From assembly GCA_036172245.1 (NCBI GenBank), contig JAYWIR010000022.1, forward strand, positions 1,116,001-1,180,000: DNA of 64,000 bases, given 5' to 3'. Shown here piece after piece: positions 57,800 to 64,000 of the stretch. Position numbers and translations under genes: made by a program. The notes beneath the pieces were generated by a model, which saw nothing but the letters and a program-made list of their open reading frames with translations, did no database searches and was not told where the DNA came from. This DNA is from Raillietiella orientalis. Taxonomy: Eukaryota. The stretch's first letter is position 1. The number at the start of each line of letters is the position of its first letter.

Positions 57800-59100
57800 G
57801 TGTGCTCCCGACCCTACTTTGGGTACGATAAGCAGCAGGTGTGAGAGTTCCGGAGAATCCACCCAGATGGTCTCCTGCGGGCAGCTGAGGCCGTCATCAG
57901 AGACGGAGAAAGAAGAGTGGATGATGGAAGGGGAGCAGACCCACTCCTCTGCTCCCTTGCTGCCTCTCGTTCCCTCTCTCTTCTTTCCCACCGGAAATGC
58001 GCTTCCCTTGCCGATCTCCTGCTGACCTCGGCCTTCCTATGCTGCCGTAGTTCCGGCAACAGAACGACAGTTCATCCAGGAGGCAGGAGAGATACGAAGG
58101 GATTGAGGAAAAAGTACGGAGCTCCCGCGTCCCTTCGGACCCTTTAGGAGGGTCGGCTGGTTGGTGGGTGCTTCCGCTTCGTCTTCGTGTGGCGTCTTCT
58201 CCCTCCTTCGTCAGGAGAGCTCAGTCCAAGGAAGTAAGGAGGAAATGAACCTCACTGAAAGTCTTCCTGTGGGGAAGCAGCGCAGAAGCACCTCTTCCCT
58301 TCTTGCGCTCCTGGAGGCGGCGGATGCATCCTGGACGTATTCTCCTTCGCAACAAGGAGTAGAATAACGATGAGGCGGAGCAATTCGCTGACCTTGCTTC
58401 CATCCCCCGGGAGCTCTTCTTCCAGGAATGCTCCAGGGAAGCGATGAAGGGAGGGAAAAGGGGACCTGTTCCCCGTGGATTTCGGGAGAAGGGGAATTCC
58501 ACGGAGAAACCGGTCTTCCTATCGCGGAGGGAAAGTTCCTGCGGAAGTCGCGAGTTTGGGAAGGATGGTTTCCAAGGCAACGCCTCCTCGAGGGTCGCCG
58601 GACTTTTTCCTTCCCGTCTACTCCTATGGGACTCTCCGCCTCCGCCCTGTTCACGGGAACAGTGCGTCTCTGATGGATACATGGGGATGATCCAGGACTA
58701 AGACACTTGCCGGACGACGGTGATCTGCGTCATCACGTGATCCCATGCTTGAGAGAGAGTGGAGCGAAGCAAAAACTCCTTCCTGTGGCCCTCTCACCGG
58801 GACCCCATAAAAGAACTAGAGTTCTCTCTAAAAGCTCTATCCTAAAAGCCGTTCCCCTGAGAGAAGCCGCCGGGCGTTCACATGGAGGGAGACTTCACGT
58901 GCGCAGTGGTGAATCAATCTTCCAGGAGGGCGCCGATCTCGGCTGAAGGAAGTGGGGTTGGGGAGTAGCGACCTGATGGTTGTGGTTCAGCTGAGGAGTT
59001 CTCCGAAGGAGCTTCTATGGGTGATGTTTAGTAGGGAAGTTTGAGTAGGCGCCGACGCCAAGCTAAGCAAAGGGAAGATGCGGGCGAGAGCTGACCCCAT
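57800..59100 (-). mobile_element. Probable LINE ORF2 C-terminal fragment
   Basis: SSLFYSLLRRRIRPGCIRR-type post-RT segment in a GC-rich, frameshifted stretch. Weak. Confidence 0.3.
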
Positions 59101-59599
59101 AGGGAGGTCTGGTCTGATCTCAGAGATGCAGGCTAGTGCCAACTTGTGAGCTCTTCCGGAAAGGCAAAGGAGACCTCACAAAGGGAGCTGCAGGCAGAGG
59201 ATGGATCAGTCCCAGGTCTGGATCGAGTCAGACCGCCAAAGGGTCCTCTTGCTGTCTACTTCAGAGCGATTCTGCCTTCTGCCTTCCAGTTGTGTCCCTG
59301 GGTCACAAAAGCAGTGTAACTGCGATATGGGGATGGGGAGAAACAGTAGATCCATTCCATCAGCCCCTTTATCTTTCAAATAGTGCAGGTATTCTCCTCG
59401 TAGAGCTGCTACCTCACCCTGTTCGGCGCCGGGAAAGGAGCAGATGACTCCGACTGCTTCCGCGGGTGAATTTTTCGCGCGTTGTGTACCGAGACACAAC
59501 CTTCTCCCCATCGAAACTGACCACAGACATGTACCTTGTCTCTCTCCCCTTCTTGTGATTCCCGCCTTTCTAGCCCTTCCCCGAGATCTTTTGCACTTT

Positions 59600-61450
59600 C
59601 CTTCCTGGAAGTTCTAAGGTAGTTGAGTAGATGGCACGCAGAGCTATAGGGAAATTCCGAGCGAGCTTCCGCATCGCGCTCCTCTGCAACTTGTCTCCTT
59701 CGGGGATCTTCCGCTTTGCGTGGACCGTCCGGGCGTTCTATGTGGATTCGATGCAAGAAGCTGTCCGAGCTTTCGCTACCCATCACCCGAGGGAAGCACA
59801 CTTGCTTTCAGGATGAGGTTTGCAGGAAGACGCCGCGGCGTTGCGCAGTCGATTCTCAACCTCACCGCGCAGGCGAAACTCTGACTTGCGGTCCCACTGC
59901 ACGAGTTTCTTCTCTCCCCTCCCTTCCATCTTCGTTCGCGTCTCGGGAAGGCGTGGAATCCTTTCTAAAGAGAGCACGTGCTTCCAGATTTCGCGTCCTA
60001 AGTGGGTCCGGAGTCATCCTCCCTTTCTCTTTCGGCGGGCGGCTGGGCCCACCGTCTGCCCTACTGATCGCATGGATCGAAAAGTCCGAGAAAATTGGAA
60101 AGTCGCACCCAAGGATCGGCAGAGGTCTTCTTGGAACAACACATGGCACTACCCTGATGACGACGATCTGTCCGTCGCTAGGCCACCTCTCCCCGCGATT
60201 GAACCACAACACCTCCCGCCCCAGCCTCAGTTCAGTGAGACTGTGGCATTGGAGAAATTTTTGGCTCCACTTCCAGGAAGGATTTCCCATCACGTGCGTC
60301 CACGTTCTCCTCCCTAAATCTTTATTCCGAGAATGCCAAAATTCCCGAAATTCTTTTTGGATTTTTCCTTTGGTTCACCCATGCCTTGGGATTCTTCTTT
60401 CTCTTGCCCGTCAGCCTGCATCTTTAGTGAGCTTGGCGACGTGTTGCAGAAGATCCAACCCCCCCTTCCTTCTCTCGAAGAACCCCTCGAAGAAATAAGA
60501 TCCCTCTCGCGCTCTCTCTCCACGTTGTCATCGCGTCTCTAGCTGGAGTGCAATGACAACGCGGAGAGCGCGCCAGCGGAATCACCTCTAGGCGGTATCC
60601 CTGATAACTGGGGATACCAGGAGCGAGGGGGGAGCATGGCACTCGTCCTGTTGCCGCTCTCCAGCTTTCCCTGGCGCCTGGAAAGCCATATTCCTCTATG
60701 GAGTCTATAATTTGGTCCCCTGCATGCTGGGAACCCCATGGGCGCAGCTAAAGGCGCGCGTCGTCGTGCCTCGTCGTGTTCCCGACGGGAACGCTCTCAC
60801 GCGCCCATGGCGAAGCGCCCTGGCCCGGACTCTCCTTGCTTGCTCTTTGGCAGCAGTCCGCCCTGGCGTCGTCTCTCTCATCCTCCCGATAGACCGGTAC
60901 AGTTCCTGGAGGTTGATATCACCGAGGTGCATCGACCAGGATGCGTTGATTCCCGGCCGTATTTTCCTGGGAACAAAGAAGAGGCAAAGTCTCCTCCAAA
61001 GTTTCGAGTAGTGCCGGTAGGCTGCACTGCATTCCTTTGGAAGATTCCGAAGAGCTGGAAGTCCCCGTCCACTGTCCCGTTTTCCCATCTCTGCCTCTCC
61101 CGAGTGTAAAGAGCCAACTCGCCGTGCTCCTGTGAACTCTCCTGAAGATGCCGCGCCAGGTGTGCCACGAAAGATAGTTGGTCGGAGTAGGTGGCAAATC
61201 TTCACACGCGGCAAACTCTTCAGCTCCTCTGTACCATTCAAAATCTACACAACCAACGGGATCTGTCACTGCATTGGTTCAGTGAAGCCACAGCGGTGTC
61301 GAAGTCCCAGGAGGCAGATGAAGTGGTTCTTAGACTCAATACGAGAGAGCAGGTGTTCCCCTTTCGGATGCTGGAACGTGATCTCGAATTCCCAGGAGCC
61401 GTCCAACCAACACCAGTGAGTGCTCCCAGTGGTGTGCGCAAGTGAGAGGT
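59600..61450 (+). pseudogene. GC-rich, frameshifted coding-like island of unknown origin
   Basis: Pro/Glu-rich segments (PPLPAIEPQHLPPQP, PPLPSLEEPLEEI) followed by globular-looking pieces (VQFLEVDITEVHRPG, CTAFLWKIP, DLSLHWFSE). No introns and no family recognised. Confidence 0.25.
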
Positions 61451-62329
61451 GTCTTGCCTTAGATCGCAGATGCTGCGAAGGAATCGCAGCGACCACATGC
61501 TAAGCAGCCCTTCCGCGTTTTCGAGGCTGTGAATGCACATGCGGGAGTGTTCGACCACCGTGATCTTCATTTGCATTGTCCTCTTCTTTTCCGTCTTCTT
61601 TTGCATCGTCACTATCTGGTTCTCTTTTTCATCGTCGTCTTCATCATCCCTTGCATCCTCCCTTGGAGATTTCGCGGCCGAAGACGCCGCATGCGACGTG
61701 AGTCGCGGCGGGGTACCAGAGACCGAGGCGACTTTCGCACAATGAGGGAGGAAACGAAAGCGCATGCAGCAACAGCCCTGCATGCTTGTCGCAATTTCTG
61801 CCGCGATTCGTTAAGCAGAGACTTTCATCTTTAGGCCGTACTGGCTCTCGGCACAGGGAAGGGGTTGACAATGCCTACGAGCCACACGGGAGGGAGGTCA
61901 TCGGCGAAGAGAGTTCCCCCTTGCGACAAAGAGCAGACGACATGCGCTGTAGAGGGCGAGCTCGCGAGACAGCCACATGAACCACTGCGCTTGAGCATGC
62001 GCAGTGAGTTCGCCCTTGTCAACAGCAAAGCGCTGATATTAGCAGCTTGCCTCGAAAAGTGGGATGGGGAGGGGGGGGGGGGGAGAGGAAAGGGGGAGAC
62101 GCCAGATAAGTGAAATGCATGGAGAAAGAACCCATTCCGCCCCCGACGCTACGGAAACGCCACCCAGCGGAACAAACCGCCCCTTTTAAGAAGTGCATCT
62201 AAGCGAAAGCACCAAGGGTCCGCCGAGGCAGACTCGAAGGGCGACCGGAACACCCTTCTCTGCAGTTTAATCGCAACAGCGTTCGGGATTGAGAGACATA
62301 CATCATTCCGCAGCTTCACGTTTCGCCAT

Positions 62330-63350
62330 CTGATGTGTCTGTTGTGGGCACGGGAGGTCGGCGCGTTTCAGAATCGGTTGCTGCTGCCTCGCGCACAGAG
62401 GTCGACTGGCACACGTGCAAGTGCGTCAGGTTTCGAGCTCGCTCGCTGGGTGCTCCTTGTCGTCTTGGGATTCAAGCGGGCTCTGCTCCTCAGACAGCTG
62501 CAGTTTTCGCTGACGCATGCCAAAAGAAAAGTCAGGAAACCGATCGGGCAATCGTCCGCTCACTCTTTTTGCTGTGGCGTGTTCATAACAGAACGGGTGC
62601 GCCGCCATTGGGTGGCTGAGAATCCGGCAAGTTTCCGAAGATTTTCCTAATGGAGAACCCATGTGCTCTCTTCACCCTCCAGGAAAGCCTCCCTGAGGTT
62701 CATCTTTGCTTGCATCCACGTCGGCTTGAAAGAGGAATGTGCTTTCTTTCCGGTACATGCAGAAGGAGCAGACTTCCTTGCAAAGTCTTCCAGAGCTTCT
62801 TGAGAATGAAGTGTCCACTTTCGCTGCTGCTTTGCATGTCTGCCTCGGGCGCCAAAAAGAGCATGGGACAATCGTTGGGTGCCTATTGCTCCTGACTGAG
62901 CACAATTCAGAAGTGTTGCTTTCTAGGTACTGTGCTCTCACGCCCGTGTCAGAACGTCCTCAGGGCAGCCAGTGCGTCATCGAGGCAGGGCAGAAAAACC
63001 ATCAGGAGAGCACCTATGACTCCATATTCCACATCTTTGTAATACTCCCATGTTTTCCTCATTCCGTCTCCATCTGCTCTCTCATCGCCTGATCACCGAC
63101 GGCACACAAATGCTACGCACTCATTGGCTGGACAGGGAGCAAAAGTCACTAGCCTTCGTGGACGCGCAAACTCGTGGATTTCAGTGGCCATCGTTCCGAA
63201 TTCCGGAGCAGCCAGAGAGCTGGCGAAATGGGTCGCTTCTGGACTGACCTTATCTCCAAGCATGAAGGAACTCAACGGTCCCCTCCAAGCAGCTGAAGTG
63301 CGCACCATTATGCAGGCATTTCTTCACCTAGCGCGCTGCACCCAATAAAG
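62330..63350 (+). pseudogene. Frameshifted coding-like island of unknown origin
   Basis: Helical-looking pieces across frames (ETDRAIVRSLFLLWRVH; LPELLENEVSTFAAALHVC; ARELAKWVASGLTLSPSMKELNGPLQAAEVRTIMQAFLHL*). Intronless. Confidence 0.3.
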
Positions 63351-64000
63351 GAACTGAGGAAGCGCGCGGATTCATTTCTTGCTAGCAGAGAAACGCAGAG
63401 CAACTCAAGAAACACACCGAACGAACGCGCATTCCCGACTTGAATGTTGGGGAAGGTGTGGGAAAAAAAGGTTTCTTGCAAACTTTTTAGACGTGCACTC
63501 CAGTGTTGGGCTGACTGGAAAGCAATTGAAAGTGGAAGTCAGCTTGCAAATTACGGCCTCAAATGTACAGATAATAAAGGATGTTGGCAAGGAACACAGT
63601 TTTGCTAAAAGACACCCTCACGTACCAAAAAAAAGAATTGGCAAGCGGAAGGTGGCTGGAAGAAGAGCTTTGGAGTGAGTAAGGTGGGCAGATGAAAAAT
63701 CATCCTGGATGCGTGCTTTGTTTACATCACTGCTTCACTGGAAGAAGTAGCGCAATGAGACGAGTTCTGAGTTTCTTGGGAGCATTTCTTTCGATACACT
63801 TCGTGTTATAGATGGATGCTATAGAGTGCATGTAACCGCCGATCACTACGGAATCCATCTTTCGAATGATGAACTCAGTATCAGGCTGCGTGCAATCAAT
63901 GGAACTGTACTCTTGACTTGAATGGCAAGAAAAGAAAAAAAATGTCATCAGTTCCTCGTTGGGTCGCTAAACGTTCCCCTGGCACTTTTTCACTTCTTCC

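Noticed and set aside
59716..60498. Longest ORF in the track (260 aa) read as a real gene
   Set aside because: Arg/Ser/Pro-rich composition typical of a shadow frame in GC-rich DNA, non-ATG start and no recognisable domain.
61140..61175. CTGAAGA...GAAA hammerhead-like core on the plus strand
   Set aside because: No closing G-C pair for stem II and no flanking helices.

Overview
Eukaryotic (invertebrate animal) genomic DNA. The BLM HRDC sequence looks arthropod-like, and most introns are very short (38-52 bp). Two genes are firmly identified and lie head-to-head, with ~1.47 kb between their start codons: COQ2 (4-hydroxybenzoate polyprenyltransferase, minus strand, 5 exons, 36133-34874) and a BLM-type RecQ helicase (plus strand, ~19 exons, 37606-44366). 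Most of the rest is decayed transposons. These include several Tx1/L1-like non-LTR fragments, an RTE-like endonuclease remnant, a possible Ty3/gypsy remnant, a decayed piggyBac (PGBD4-like) element and a 468-bp piggyBac-type MITE. There are also a few chains of short exons from unidentified genes and some unexplained, frameshifted coding-like islands. I found no tRNA, rRNA, CRISPR array or convincing ribozyme, and no clearly new biological system. The most interesting observations are: a paired loss of the conserved Arg/Asp contact in the BLM zinc domain, a ubiquinone-type-only COQ2 locus, an internal LINE fragment lodged inside the piggyBac, strand polarity among the TE remnants, and possible viral-derived relics. 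All family calls come from motifs recognised by eye, not from database searches.
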